Positions 27,790-38,326 of a stretch of DNA of 64,000 nt are shown one piece after another. The notes below the pieces were generated by a model, which saw nothing but the letters and a program-made list of their open reading frames with translations, had not been told where the DNA came from and did not search any database. Origin of the DNA: Candidatus Versatilivorator sp. GTDB taxonomy: Bacteria > Acidobacteriota > Terriglobia > Versatilivoradales > Versatilivoraceae. Numbering within the stretch: the first letter of the stretch is position 1; every line of letters begins with the position of its first letter. The stretch is from positions 2,560,001 to 2,624,000 of the forward strand of contig OZ242296.1 of NCBI GenBank assembly GCA_965207735.1, read 5' to 3'. A program made the translations under genes and the position numbers.

Positions 27790-28662
27790 ATGAGAAACGG
27801 AATAGCAAGGACAGCGAAGCGAATGGCCGGTGTGCTCGCGGTGACGGCGATTGCACTGGTCGGAACACTTCAGGCCCAGTTTGACTATCGAGCCAAAGTG
27901 GTCAAGATCGAAGACCTGACGCATGACGTGCGCCGGGTCGGAATGCAGTTGGAAAAGTCCGAGGGATTCTCCTTCACGCCCGGACAATACGTCTTTGTCA
28001 ACATTCCGGAGTACTACGTCAAGCAGTGGAACCAGAAGTACGGCACCGATCACGAACAAGTCTTGCGTCCTTATTCCTTCGCCTCCAGCTCCAGCAAGCT
28101 GCCCCGGTTCGACTTGATCATCAAGTGGGCCCGCCCCCCTCGCGACAAGGATGTTCCCCCGGGGGTCGCGTCCAGCTTCGTGCACCAGCACCTGAGAGTG
28201 GGGGATGTCCTCGAAATCACCGAGCCCACGGGAGATCTCTACCTGCGCGCCGACACGGGCGAGCCTATCGTCATTGTGGCCGGCGGCTCGGGGGCGGCGC
28301 CCTTCGTTTCCCTGCTGGAATATTTTTTTGAAAGGGAATTCGACAAGAACAACGAGATCTACTTTTTCTTCGGCGTTCGAAGCAAGCGCGATCTCTTCCT
28401 TCACGACCGCTTCCTCGCCTGGGACAAGAGCAAACCCCGGTTCCACTACATCCCCGCCCTATCCCATCCCCGACCGGAAGACAACTGGGAGGGAAAGACC
28501 GGTTACGTCCAAATACCCCTGAACGAGCGCATCGAGGGACCCACGGGAGCTCACGCCTACCTGGCAGGCCCCCCGATCATGATCAAGTTTGTTGAAGAGG
28601 TGCTCCGATCCAAGGGAATTACCAAGGACCGGACCCACTACGACGAAATCGAAGCCCGGTAG
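27790..28662 (+). CDS. FAD/NAD(P)-binding oxidoreductase (FNR fold, NqrF C-terminal-like) with N-terminal signal peptide
   Basis: RPYSFAS, PPGVASSF, AGGSGAAP, FGVRSKRDLF and YLAGPP motifs. Confidence 0.85.
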   Translation: MRNGIARTAKRMAGVLAVTAIALVGTLQAQFDYRAKVVKIEDLTHDVRRVGMQLEKSEGFSFTPGQYVFVNIPEYYVKQWNQKYGTDHEQVLRPYSFASSSSKLPRFDLIIKWARPPRDKDVPPGVASSFVHQHLRVGDVLEITEPTGDLYLRADTGEPIVIVAGGSGAAPFVSLLEYFFEREFDKNNEIYFFFGVRSKRDLFLHDRFLAWDKSKPRFHYIPALSHPRPEDNWEGKTGYVQIPLNERIEGPTGAHAYLAGPPIMIKFVEEVLRSKGITKDRTHYDEIEAR

Positions 28663-28687
28663 CTGAAGCCCTCATTCCTCCACCCGT

Positions 28688-30157
28688 TTGGCGTCCGTGG
28701 CTTCTCCGACCTACCACATCGAACCCATTTCCCTCACCTGGGACCCTCATCGGCTCGTCCGGGCGGCCGAGCCCGGAGGAGCGTTGCTCGACAGCGGACC
28801 GGGTTACGGCTCCTTCGGCAGATTCTCGTTCTTTGGCTGCGAGCCGTTCCTGACCGTGACGGCGCAAGGTGCGTCGGTCCGGATCGTTGGAGAACATCGC
28901 CGGCAGCTCATGAACGGCAACCCGATTCAGATCCTCTCCCGATTGATTCGGGAACAGACCGTTCCCACCCAGACGCCGGCGAGCCACGATTCCCACCTGC
29001 CTTTTCGGACCGGGGCAGCCATCGGGTTCATTTCCTATGAGTTGGGCCGCCTCATGGAACCCTTCCCGCGCCGCTCCAAAGAGGACCCAAGCCTGCCCGA
29101 GCTGCAGTTTTTCTTTTACGATGCCTTGCTGGCCCACGACCACAGCATGAACCAAACCTGGGCCATCGTCCGCGACCGGCCCCGGGCCGGAAAGCGGTTG
29201 CAATCCACTTTGGACCGAATCCAGCAGGCCGATCCGACCGGCTCCCGGCCGCATCGTCCCAACCGATCGAGCCGGGAAACCTGGACGAGCAGCCTGACCT
29301 ACGACGGCTACTCGGCGGCGGTGAGAAAAGCCCGGCGTTACATTGCCGCCGGAGAGATCTACCAGGTCAACCTGTCGCAGCAACTGTGGTCCCGCTGCTC
29401 CCTGACGGCGCCGCAACTCTACCAGCGACTGCGCCAGACCGGAGCCGCCCCCTTTGGAGCCTACCTTCAGGGAAGGCATTGGACCGTTCTGAGTCTGTCG
29501 CCGGAGCGGTTCCTGCGCTACTGGCCCCGTCAGCGGCACATTCAGACCCGGCCCATTAAAGGGACCCGGCCCCGCGGCGCCTCGTCCGAGGAGGATCAAC
29601 AACTGCGGCAAGCACTGTTGCAGAGTCCCAAGGACGCCGCCGAGCATGTCATGATCGTGGACTTGGAACGCAACGACCTGGGACGGTTGGCCCGTTACGG
29701 AACGGTGCGGGTCAGCGATTTCCGCCGACTGGAGACCTTTCCGACGGTCCACCACCTCACCTCCACCATCGAAGCCAGGCTGAGACCGAATTGCCGATTG
29801 GAAGATCTGATTCAGGCCACCTTCCCCGGCGGGTCCGTCACCGGAACTCCCAAAGTACGCGCCCTGCAGGTCATCGACGAACTCGAGCCCCAGCCACGAA
29901 GCGTCTACACGGGAAGCATCGGCTACCTGGCATTCGATGGGAACCTCGACCTCAACATCGCCATTCGAACACTCATCCTGAAGGACGGTTGGGCTCGCTA
30001 CTCGACGGGTGGCGCCATCGTGGCCGATTCCCGGGCCGATGACGAATACCTGGAAACACTCCACAAGGCGCGCCCCTTTCTGAGCGCCCTGGATCTGGGT
30101 GAGCCCTCGCGCCATGGCCCGAAAAGCACCGCCCTCGACCGCCAACGTGGATTGTAG
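28688..30157 (+). CDS. pabB: Aminodeoxychorismate synthase component I
   Basis: GEIYQVNL, SPERFL, RPIKGTRPR, AEHVMIVDLERNDLG, FPGGSVTG and LNIAIRT motifs. Confidence 0.88.
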   Translation: MASVASPTYHIEPISLTWDPHRLVRAAEPGGALLDSGPGYGSFGRFSFFGCEPFLTVTAQGASVRIVGEHRRQLMNGNPIQILSRLIREQTVPTQTPASHDSHLPFRTGAAIGFISYELGRLMEPFPRRSKEDPSLPELQFFFYDALLAHDHSMNQTWAIVRDRPRAGKRLQSTLDRIQQADPTGSRPHRPNRSSRETWTSSLTYDGYSAAVRKARRYIAAGEIYQVNLSQQLWSRCSLTAPQLYQRLRQTGAAPFGAYLQGRHWTVLSLSPERFLRYWPRQRHIQTRPIKGTRPRGASSEEDQQLRQALLQSPKDAAEHVMIVDLERNDLGRLARYGTVRVSDFRRLETFPTVHHLTSTIEARLRPNCRLEDLIQATFPGGSVTGTPKVRALQVIDELEPQPRSVYTGSIGYLAFDGNLDLNIAIRTLILKDGWARYSTGGAIVADSRADDEYLETLHKARPFLSALDLGEPSRHGPKSTALDRQRGL

Positions 30158-30266
30158 ATTTGTGGATTGAAAGCCGACATTTCCTGCCATTGGCGGGAGA
30201 GGAAGGCCGCCTGAACCGCGATCCGGGTCGGTTGCTAGCCGCCAACCTTTCCCTTAATATAGGACC

Positions 30267-32420
30267 ATGATTCGCTTTGAAGAGGTGTTGGCCAAAGTCG
30301 AGCGATCCCATCCTTCCGACGATCTGGAGGTGTTGAGGAAGGCCTATCGCTTTTCGTCCAACAAGCACGATGGACAGTCCCGTGAATCGGGCGAGCCTTA
30401 CTTCAACCATCCTCTGGCGGTGGCCGATATCCTGGCCGATATGAAGCTCGACGCCAGTTGCGTCAGTGTCGGACTTCTCCACGACGTCGTGGAAGACACG
30501 GTCGTTCCATTGGAGGAGATCGAAGACAAATTCGGCAGAGACATTGCCAACATCGTCAATGGACTCACCAAGATCAACCAGTTTCACTTTTACTCCAAGG
30601 AAGCCCGGCAAGCGGAGAATTTTCGCAAGATGTTCCTGGCCATGGTGGACGACATCCGGGTCGTCCTGGTCAAGCTGGCCGACCGGCTCCACAATATGAG
30701 GACTCTGGAATTCCTTCCGTTGGAAAGGCGGCAGCGCATCGCCCAGGAGACCATGGAGATCTACGCTCCCATTGCCCACCGGCTGGGCATGGGCAAAATC
30801 AGGGGCGAACTCGAGGATCTTGCCTTCGCCACGCTGGACCCCGAGGCGCATGGGCACATCAAGCATGATATCGAGCAGAAAAGGAAGGTCCGACAGAATC
30901 TGCTGGAGGAGATCAAGAACAGGCTGACCCACCAGCTCCAGGAACACGAAATCCCCTGCACCCTGGAATCCCGTGTCAAACGAATCTACAGCGTCCATCA
31001 GAAGATCAGACGCCAGCGGATTTCCATCGAACAGGTCTACGACCTGCTTGCCGTGCGCATCATTACCGGCTCGGTCAGAGACTGCTACGCGGCTCTGGGC
31101 ATCATTCACAACCTCTGGCAACCGGTGCCGGGAAGAATCAAGGACTTCATCGCCATTCCGCGACCCAACATGTACCAGTCGATCCACACCTCGGTCATTG
31201 GCCCCCAGGGGCAACCCTTCGAGGTGCAGATTCGCACGGTCGAGATGCATCGGGTGGCCGAGGAAGGCATCGCCGCCCACTGGAAATACAAAATGGGCCG
31301 CGGCATGGACGACAAGGACGACCAGCGCTTTCTCTGGCTGCGGCACCTGGTGGAATGGCAGCAAGAGATGCAGGATCCCAGCGACTTCCTGAGCACCCTC
31401 AAGATCGATCTCTATCCCGAGGAGGTGTATGCCTTCACTCCCAAGGGCAAGGTGATCATTCTTCCACGGGACGCCACCCCGGTCGACTTTGCCTATGCCA
31501 TCCACAGCGAAGTGGGGGCATGTTGCGTCGGCGCCAAGGTGAATGGCCGCATCGTGCCGCTCAGATCTCGACTCAAGAACGGCGACATCGTTGAAATCCA
31601 GACTCAAACCGGCCACGTGCCCAGCCGAGACTGGCTGTCATTCGTCAAGACCTCACGGGCGCGCAATAAAATCAGACACTATCTGAACGTCAGTCGCCGA
31701 GAGCGCGCCATTGAGCTGGGCAAGCGCATTCTGGAAAAGGAGGCCAAGCGACTCAAGCTCAACCTGAAGAAACACATGGGAGATGGGTCTCTGCTGGCGG
31801 CGGCCAAGCCCTACCGGTGCGATAAGCTGGAGAAAATCCACTCCGCCCTGGGCTTCGGCAAGATCTCCGGGCGAATGCTCCTGAGCAAGTTGGTTCCACC
31901 GGGTGAGTTGACTCGCGCGGCAAAGAACAAACCCGGTAAGTTCACCTCGGCCGTGAAGAAAGTCTTCGGGCTGTCTTCGGACGGCTCACTCAAGGTCAAG
32001 GACATCGACGGCCTTCTGGTCTATCGGGCCAAGTGCTGCAACCCGATTCGAGGCGAGCCCGTTGTCGGCTACATCACCCGGGGCAAAGGAGTGGCCGTTC
32101 ATGCCAAGCGCTGCGCCAACGTAGGCAACCTTCTCTACGAAGCCGACCGCAAGATCGATGTTTCCTGGACCGGAACGGTCGGAGCAACCTATGCCGTCAA
32201 ACTTTCCATCTCGGTGGACGACAGGCAGGGAATGCTGGCGGAGATCACTTCCCGCATCTCCGATATCAAGACCAATATCAAGAATATCGAAGCTCAGGCC
32301 TTCGAAGATCGTCACGGACTCATTCACGTCACCATCGAGATCAGCGACCTGAAGCACTTGGAGAGGGCGGTCCATTCGATCAAGAAGATCAAGGGCGTCA
32401 ACGAGATCGCCTGGCGATAG
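30267..32420 (+). CDS. relA: Bifunctional (p)ppGpp synthetase/hydrolase (Rel/SpoT)
   Basis: LLHDVVEDT HD motif, KLADRLHNMRT, YQSIHT, EVQIRT; TGS and ACT domains. Confidence 0.95.
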   Translation: MIRFEEVLAKVERSHPSDDLEVLRKAYRFSSNKHDGQSRESGEPYFNHPLAVADILADMKLDASCVSVGLLHDVVEDTVVPLEEIEDKFGRDIANIVNGLTKINQFHFYSKEARQAENFRKMFLAMVDDIRVVLVKLADRLHNMRTLEFLPLERRQRIAQETMEIYAPIAHRLGMGKIRGELEDLAFATLDPEAHGHIKHDIEQKRKVRQNLLEEIKNRLTHQLQEHEIPCTLESRVKRIYSVHQKIRRQRISIEQVYDLLAVRIITGSVRDCYAALGIIHNLWQPVPGRIKDFIAIPRPNMYQSIHTSVIGPQGQPFEVQIRTVEMHRVAEEGIAAHWKYKMGRGMDDKDDQRFLWLRHLVEWQQEMQDPSDFLSTLKIDLYPEEVYAFTPKGKVIILPRDATPVDFAYAIHSEVGACCVGAKVNGRIVPLRSRLKNGDIVEIQTQTGHVPSRDWLSFVKTSRARNKIRHYLNVSRRERAIELGKRILEKEAKRLKLNLKKHMGDGSLLAAAKPYRCDKLEKIHSALGFGKISGRMLLSKLVPPGELTRAAKNKPGKFTSAVKKVFGLSSDGSLKVKDIDGLLVYRAKCCNPIRGEPVVGYITRGKGVAVHAKRCANVGNLLYEADRKIDVSWTGTVGATYAVKLSISVDDRQGMLAEITSRISDIKTNIKNIEAQAFEDRHGLIHVTIEISDLKHLERAVHSIKKIKGVNEIAWR

Positions 32421-32440
32421 CCCGAGCCTGAGAGAAAACC

Positions 32441-32827
32441 ATGAAAACCATCATACGAACCGAAGACGCACCTGACGCCATCGGCCCCTATTCTCAAGGA
32501 GTCAGAGCCAGGGCATCCGAATTTCTTTTTCTTTCCGGGCAGATCGGGCTGGATCCCCAAACGGGTGAATTGGTCCCGGGAGGTATTGAGGCCCAGACCG
32601 AACGGGTCTTGAGAAATCTGGAGGCAGTCCTGCTGGCCGGAGGCGGCTCACTGGATCAGGTCGTCAAAACCACCATTTATCTGACCGACATGGACGAGTT
32701 TCCGCGGGTAAATCAGGTCTACGGGAAGTTCTTCGGTGACAGCCTTCCCGTCCGGGCTACGGTGGGGGTTTGCTCTTTGCCTAAAGGGGCTATGGTGGAG
32801 GTCGAAGCCCTGGCGGTGGTGGGGTGA
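32441..32827 (+). CDS. ridA: RidA family reactive-intermediate deaminase
   Basis: AIGPYSQG, SGQIG, VVKTTIYL and LPKGAMVEVE motifs. Confidence 0.92.
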   Translation: MKTIIRTEDAPDAIGPYSQGVRARASEFLFLSGQIGLDPQTGELVPGGIEAQTERVLRNLEAVLLAGGGSLDQVVKTTIYLTDMDEFPRVNQVYGKFFGDSLPVRATVGVCSLPKGAMVEVEALAVVG

Positions 32828-32858
32828 TTGCGGCCTCGCACGGGAACTGACCTGCACT

Positions 32859-33050
32859 TTAATGAGACTTCACAATACGCCCGGACCGAATGCAGGCGGC
32901 ACACACTCGAGTCCGCCTGCGCCTTCCGTCAATCACGATCCGCACGCGATGCAGGTTGGGGTTCCACCTTCTCTTGGTCGCGTTGTTGGCGTGGCTGACA
33001 TTATTCCCAAACATGGGACCTTTTCCACAGAGTTCACACCGGGCAGCCAT
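32859..33050 (-). CDS. rpmB: 50S ribosomal protein L28 (Zn-binding type)
   Basis: [29 protein letters not shown]...CAAC. Confidence 0.96.
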   Translation of the reverse strand: MAARCELCGKGPMFGNNVSHANNATKRRWNPNLHRVRIVIDGRRRRTRVCAACIRSGRIVKSH

Positions 33051-33156
33051 AACAAGTCTCCTTCAAACCAGGTTGCGAGTCCGAGAGGATAGCAAAAGCC
33101 CCCGGCAGGGTCAAATTCCGTTAACTCCAGACCTTGTTTCTGAGACAGGACACTAG

Positions 33157-34248
33157 ATGTTGACCCTCGGCATTGAATCCTCCTGCGATGAAACGGCAGC
33201 CTCCGTCCTGGAAAACGGCAGCCGAATCCTCTCCAATATCGTGGCTTCTCAAGAAGATGTCCACAAGCGATATGGAGGAGTGGTCCCCGAGTTGGCTTCA
33301 CGGCGGCACCTCGAAAACATTTCCCCGGTCGTCAAGGCCGCCTTGGGCGAAGCCGGAATCCGACCTCAAGATCTGGACGGTGTGTCGGTGACACAGGGAC
33401 CCGGACTGGTCGGTTCGCTCCTGGTGGGGATCAACTACGCCAAGGCTCTCTGTTTCAGCCTCGACCTTCCTCTTGTCGCCGTGCACCACCTGGAAGGACA
33501 TATCTTCTCCGTTCCGCTGACCCTCTGGCAGGAGCCAGGGCAGGCAGAGGCCAAAGACCTGAAAGAGCTCCTTCCCGCTCTGGCCCTGGTGGTCTCGGGG
33601 GGACACACCAGCCTGTTCTGGATAGAGTGTCTGGGTCTTGGCGTTCAGGAGGAGGCCGGCTACAGGCTCTTGGGACGGACACGAGACGATGCGGCCGGAG
33701 AAGCCTTTGACAAAGTCGCCAAACTCCTCGGCCTCGGCTACCCCGGTGGAGCCGTTATCGAGCGGCTGGCCCGGCGTGGAAACCCCCAGGCGGTCAAGCT
33801 GCCCATCCCTCGCATCCACGACGGAGGGCTGGATTTCAGTTTTTCCGGAATCAAGACCGCGGTACTGCGCTATACCCAGAAATACCTCAGCCGGGAACTG
33901 GCTGTTCGGAATTGGGAGGGAGAAGAGACCATACCCCGGTCCGTTCTCGATTTGGCCGCCAGTTTCCAGCACACCGCCATCAAGATCCTTGGAAAGACAC
34001 TGCTTGAAGCCAGTGACGCCTACCAGCCCCGCTCCGTCATGGTCTCCGGTGGTGTGGCCTGCAATCGAGCCCTTCGCCAACACCTGGAGGAATGCTTCAG
34101 AGATCGTCGTTTGCCGGTCTTCTTCCCCACCCCCATCCTGTCTACAGACAACGCTGCCATGATTGCGGCGGCGGGTCATCCCAAGCTATTGAAGCGGCAG
34201 TGTGCCAGTCTGAGCATCAACGCCGACGCCCGCTTGAAGTTAGTCTGA
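33157..34248 (+). CDS. tsaD: tRNA N6-threonylcarbamoyltransferase
   Basis: LGIESSCDET, HHLEGH, VSGGHT, DDAAGEAFDK and TDNAAMIA motifs. Confidence 0.97.
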   Translation: MLTLGIESSCDETAASVLENGSRILSNIVASQEDVHKRYGGVVPELASRRHLENISPVVKAALGEAGIRPQDLDGVSVTQGPGLVGSLLVGINYAKALCFSLDLPLVAVHHLEGHIFSVPLTLWQEPGQAEAKDLKELLPALALVVSGGHTSLFWIECLGLGVQEEAGYRLLGRTRDDAAGEAFDKVAKLLGLGYPGGAVIERLARRGNPQAVKLPIPRIHDGGLDFSFSGIKTAVLRYTQKYLSRELAVRNWEGEETIPRSVLDLAASFQHTAIKILGKTLLEASDAYQPRSVMVSGGVACNRALRQHLEECFRDRRLPVFFPTPILSTDNAAMIAAAGHPKLLKRQCASLSINADARLKLV

Positions 34249-34289
34249 ATGCAATTGAGTTTTCCATTCGATTTCAGTAGATTCGAGTC

Positions 34290-35618
34290 ATGGCTGCCTT
34301 TCTGACGTGCATCGAGGAGGACTGTCGCAAAGTTGTCTCCGCCATGTCCAAGGAATACGTCTGTCCGGCTTGCGGAGGACTGCTGGACGTGGTCTACGAC
34401 TTTCAAATCGACGACCCGGAGAAGATCAAACAGCTCTTCCTGCGGCGGCGCCTCTCCAACCATTTCCTCGACCTCAGCGGCGTCTGGAGATACCGGGAAC
34501 TGCTTCCATTCTGCACGGATTTTTCCAAGGTGGTGTCCATTCAGGAGGGCAACACTCCCATCTACACGGCTCCACGTTGCGCGGAATATGCAGGGCTGAA
34601 GCAGTTGCACCTCAAGCACCAGGGACTGAATCCGACCGGCTCCTTCAAAGACAACGGCATGACTGCCGGAGTCACCCAGGCCAACCTCCTGGGTTCCAGA
34701 ATGGTGGCCTGCGCCAGCACGGGAAACACCTCGGCCTCCATGGCGGCCTATGCGGCCCGCGCCGGCATGAAGGCCGTGATCTTTATCCCCGACCAACAGA
34801 TCGCTTTCGGAAAGCTGGCTCAAAGCCTGGACTACGGTGCTCTGACGCTGCAGTTGGAGGGAGATTTCGACGAATCGATGAAGCTGGTAAAGGAAATCAC
34901 CCAGGAAACCGACGTCTACCTGCTGAATTCGATCAATCCCTTTCGGCTGGAAGGACAAAAAGCGATCATCATCGAGATGCTGTGTCAGCGCGACTGGAAA
35001 GTGCCCGACCGGGTCGTGGTTCCCGGGGGAAACCTCGGCAACAGCGCCTCCTTCGGTAAAGCCATCAAGGAATTGCACGACTTGGGCTTTATCCGGAAGA
35101 TGCCCATGGTCACCATCATCCAGGCCCAAAGGGCCAATCCTCTCTACCAGACACTGATTTACCATTCCCCCAGGCTGGTCCGTGTCGAGGCCCACACCCT
35201 GGCCACCGCCATCAAGATCGGCAATCCGGTCTCATGGAAGAAAGCGGTCCGAGCCATGGACTGGACGCAGGGATGGTGCGATGTTGTCACCGAGCAGGAC
35301 ATTGCCGACGCCAAGGCCATGATCGGCAGGGACGGCATCGGTTGTGAACCCGCCTCCGCCACCACCGTTGCCGGAATCAAGAAATTGATCCGGACACGGG
35401 AAATCGATCCCGAGGAAGACGTGGTGGCGGTCCTGACCGGCAATCTGCTGAAGGACCCCGACTATGCCACCAACTACCATCAGGATTCCCTTTACGAAGA
35501 AGCAACCTACAGGAATGAGCTGCTGGAGAAAAAGGGCAAGGTGCGTTCCACTTTTGCCAATGCCCCCATCAAAGTCAGAGCCGACAAGGAAGAGATCCTG
35601 AAGATTCTTAAACTCTAG
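34290..35618 (+). CDS. thrC: Threonine synthase
   Basis: NPTGSFKD, CASTGNTSAS, NSINPFRLEGQK, PGGNLGN and TGNLLKD motifs. Confidence 0.94.
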   Translation: MAAFLTCIEEDCRKVVSAMSKEYVCPACGGLLDVVYDFQIDDPEKIKQLFLRRRLSNHFLDLSGVWRYRELLPFCTDFSKVVSIQEGNTPIYTAPRCAEYAGLKQLHLKHQGLNPTGSFKDNGMTAGVTQANLLGSRMVACASTGNTSASMAAYAARAGMKAVIFIPDQQIAFGKLAQSLDYGALTLQLEGDFDESMKLVKEITQETDVYLLNSINPFRLEGQKAIIIEMLCQRDWKVPDRVVVPGGNLGNSASFGKAIKELHDLGFIRKMPMVTIIQAQRANPLYQTLIYHSPRLVRVEAHTLATAIKIGNPVSWKKAVRAMDWTQGWCDVVTEQDIADAKAMIGRDGIGCEPASATTVAGIKKLIRTREIDPEEDVVAVLTGNLLKDPDYATNYHQDSLYEEATYRNELLEKKGKVRSTFANAPIKVRADKEEILKILKL

Positions 35619-35631
35619 CCAGAGAGGAACC

Positions 35632-36663
35632 ATGCCGACCCTATCGACCCAAACCGTTCTGGTGTCCCTCAGCCTCCTGTTGGGCCTCGCTCCCGGAACT
35701 CCTGTCCCCGGACAGTCGGAAGGTGAGTCCGCCGCCGACAAGGCCATTATCACCATTGGAGACGAGACTCTCACCCAAGCACAGGTGAACGACATGCTCC
35801 GACTGCTTCCGCCGCAACAGCGTTCCCTCTTCTCGCAACCCTCTGGTAAACAAGCCTTTGCCGACTATATCGTCCGTTCCAAGCTGTACAGTCGGGAAGC
35901 GAGGACACGTGGCTGGAACGCTCGCCCGGAAGTCGAGCAGACCATCGACCAGTTCCGGGCCAAGCTGGAAAAAAATGAGGTGAGGGGGCTGCCGATCAAG
36001 GATGACGAAGACCGGAAGCAAGTCCTGGGATTCTTCAAGGAGAGCCTGCTCATGAAGGTGGCACAAAAGGAGTTGAAGGAGGAATTGGCGGTATCGGCCA
36101 TGGAGATCAGGAGCTACTACCAGGAAAATGCCGCCGTCTTCGACATGGTGAGAGGCCGCCGGCTGGTCATTCGCTCGGAGGCTTCCAACCTTTTCTTTGG
36201 CGACAACAGACCAAAGGACCAGACCCTGTCCGACGAAGAAGCCAGAGCCAAGGCCGAGAAGCTGCGCCGGGAAATTCAGGAAGGGGCGGACTTCGAGGTC
36301 ATGGCCGCCAAGCACTCAGAGGACCCGCTGACTTCCGGCGTTGGCGGAGACACGGGCATCGTGCGCCGCGGACTGCCCAACAAGACCCTGGTGACTCCTC
36401 CCGAGGTCGACTTGCTGTTCAGTCTGGAGCCGGGCGATCTCGGCCCGATTGTGAGAACGCCCATGGGATTTGCCCTGCTGAAGTTGGAGGAGAAGAGGAA
36501 GATGAGCCTGACCGAAGCCCACCCGGAGATCGCGGCGCGCATTCGAAATCAAAAACTGGAAGCCTGGTATCAGGACATGCGGGGCCAACTCCGCATTGTT
36601 ATCGATCCCTCCTTTTTCGAAACCTGGGTCGATTTTGAGGCCCCGGCTAAAGCAGCGGAGTGA
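35632..36663 (+). CDS. Exported PpiC-type peptidyl-prolyl isomerase
   Basis: ADFEVMAAKHSED, GGDTG and VRTPMGFALLK parvulin motifs; signal peptide. Confidence 0.85.
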   Translation: MPTLSTQTVLVSLSLLLGLAPGTPVPGQSEGESAADKAIITIGDETLTQAQVNDMLRLLPPQQRSLFSQPSGKQAFADYIVRSKLYSREARTRGWNARPEVEQTIDQFRAKLEKNEVRGLPIKDDEDRKQVLGFFKESLLMKVAQKELKEELAVSAMEIRSYYQENAAVFDMVRGRRLVIRSEASNLFFGDNRPKDQTLSDEEARAKAEKLRREIQEGADFEVMAAKHSEDPLTSGVGGDTGIVRRGLPNKTLVTPPEVDLLFSLEPGDLGPIVRTPMGFALLKLEEKRKMSLTEAHPEIAARIRNQKLEAWYQDMRGQLRIVIDPSFFETWVDFEAPAKAAE

Positions 36664-37183
36664 TGCGTTCTTCCAGTTTCCCGATATCGTGGGTCTCCTC
36701 GTTCCTGCCTTCCACGAATCGACCCACGATGTTACCCTTGCGATCCACCAGCACCAGGTAGGGAATGCTGAAGTTCGGGCGCTGGGGGGACACCTTGACG
36801 TAATTCATGGCGATGGAAAAGTCGCCCAGGAGGATCGGATAGGTCAATCCGTACTTCTTGATGTAAGGCTCGACATCCTTGGCTTTCCCCCGATCATGGG
36901 AGATACCCAGGACTACAAAACCCCGATCCTTGTACTTCCGATAGAGTTTTTCCAAAAGCGGGTTGGTGCGCTGGCAGTCCGGACACCAGGTCTGAAAGAA
37001 GGCCATCAACACCACCTGTCCCTTCAGGCTGGTTGACTTGATGACCTGGCCATCCCAGGTGGGCAAAATGAAGTAAGGGGCGGGCTCCTGCCCCGCTTTC
37101 TTCTGCAGCGGCCCGGCTGAGGAAGCCCCCGCGGCGCAAAAGGCAACGGCCAGACAAGTCACAAGAACCCATCGATTACGCAA
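36647..37183 (-). CDS. TlpA disulfide reductase family protein
   Basis: FFQTWCPDC, VVLGIS and LVLVDRKG; TTG start after GGAGG inferred (the longer listed ORF runs into repeat DNA). Confidence 0.85.
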   Translation of the reverse strand: MRNRWVLVTCLAVAFCAAGASSAGPLQKKAGQEPAPYFILPTWDGQVIKSTSLKGQVVLMAFFQTWCPDCQRTNPLLEKLYRKYKDRGFVVLGISHDRGKAKDVEPYIKKYGLTYPILLGDFSIAMNYVKVSPQRPNFSIPYLVLVDRKGNIVGRFVEGRNEETHDIGKLEERITPLL

Positions 37184-37410
37184 CAATCTACCTCCGATCG
37201 ACCGTGGGACCGGTCCCGATTGGGGTTTTGGAGACAGGAAGGAGACGGCGTCACTACCGAAGAGCGGGCACCGAGTGGATCGACCCGGGACCCTTCCCCG
37301 AGGAATCAGCCGCCATTCCGAACCACACCGACCTTCGTAGCATATCCCATCCCATCCTCCGGGGCAACGTTGCCGGACCTCTCCGGCCGGAGGCCCCCGC
37401 CGCACTTCCT

Positions 37411-37826
37411 TGGTCTGAAACAACCGACAAAAGACAAAGGAAAAAGAGTTATCCACGAAGGGGCACGAAGAACGACGAAGGGACACTAAGGCGCTGAGGT
37501 TGGCCGCGACGGGGTACCAAGTTCGCGAAGGGTTGATCGATTTCCGATTGTTTCCCTCTAAGTATGATCCGCACGCCAGGGCGGGGGCGGGGCTTGTCTG
37601 AAACAACCGAAAAAAGACAAAGAAAAAGACTTATCCACGAAGGGGCACGAAGAACGACGAAGGGACACTAAGGCGTTGAGGTTAACCGTGACGGGGTACC
37701 AAGTTCGCGAAAGGATGGTCGATTTCTGATTGTTTCACTCTCGAATGATCCGCACACCAGGGCGGGGCCCTGCTTGTCTGAAACAACCGAATAAAGACAA
37801 AAGGAAAGAGAGTTATCCACGAAGGG
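37411..37826. repeat. Tandem array of the ~180-183-bp repeat (inverted relative to 10727-11123)
   Basis: TCTGAAACAACCGA at 37414, 37597 and 37777; units are reverse complements of the 184-bp unit, more diverged. Confidence 0.9.
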
Positions 37827-38029
37827 CCGACAAGAGTCATCCACCAAGGAAAACGGCGAACCACGAATGGACACGAATGAACACCAATAAACGGATTGAT
37901 GAGTTGTTGATTGGAGGGTGGGACAATCGACATCGAGGGGTTATCTACGAAGGACACGAAGTCATACCAAGGTAGCAGCGTTGCAGAAGCATTTTGGTGC
38001 CGCTTCTCGTTCGAGTGAGTCCACCTGCA

Positions 38030-38103
38030 TTCGTGTCTATTCGTGTTCATTCGTGGTTCGTCTTCATTTAATAATCCTGTGCATCCTGTGCATCCATGTT
38101 CAA
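38030..38103. repeat. Intact 74-bp repeat module (empty-site paralogue of the IS1634 target)
   Basis: Reverse complement matches 6774-6810 joined to 10662-10698 with one mismatch and a single ATTAAA. Confidence 0.9.
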
Positions 38104-38326
38104 TTCATAGTCCTTCTCGATTGATCTTTCCCGTGGCGGGCCTTGGCTGTGCCCAACGCCCCGATTCCCCGTCAGCGTCCCGTGCAGCGGACTCTGGTCC
38201 CATTAATCCTGTCCCTTGGGTTGCCATGTTTCGGAGTGCAACGGCGCAGATTTGATGAAACGCGACGAGTCTCTCGAACCGACCGTTTCCCTGTGGTACC
38301 TCCATCGGAATGGTATACTTCGCGCC

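Noticed and set aside
37449-37821. TTATCCACG in the repeat units as DnaA boxes
   Set aside because: 8/9 match that is part of the CACGAAG repeat motif; no associated AT-rich unwinding region
37187-38305. Small ORFs and the long N-terminal extension of the TlpA ORF in the repeat region (also 10745-11120)
   Set aside because: Translations of repeat DNA; frames are not conserved between units
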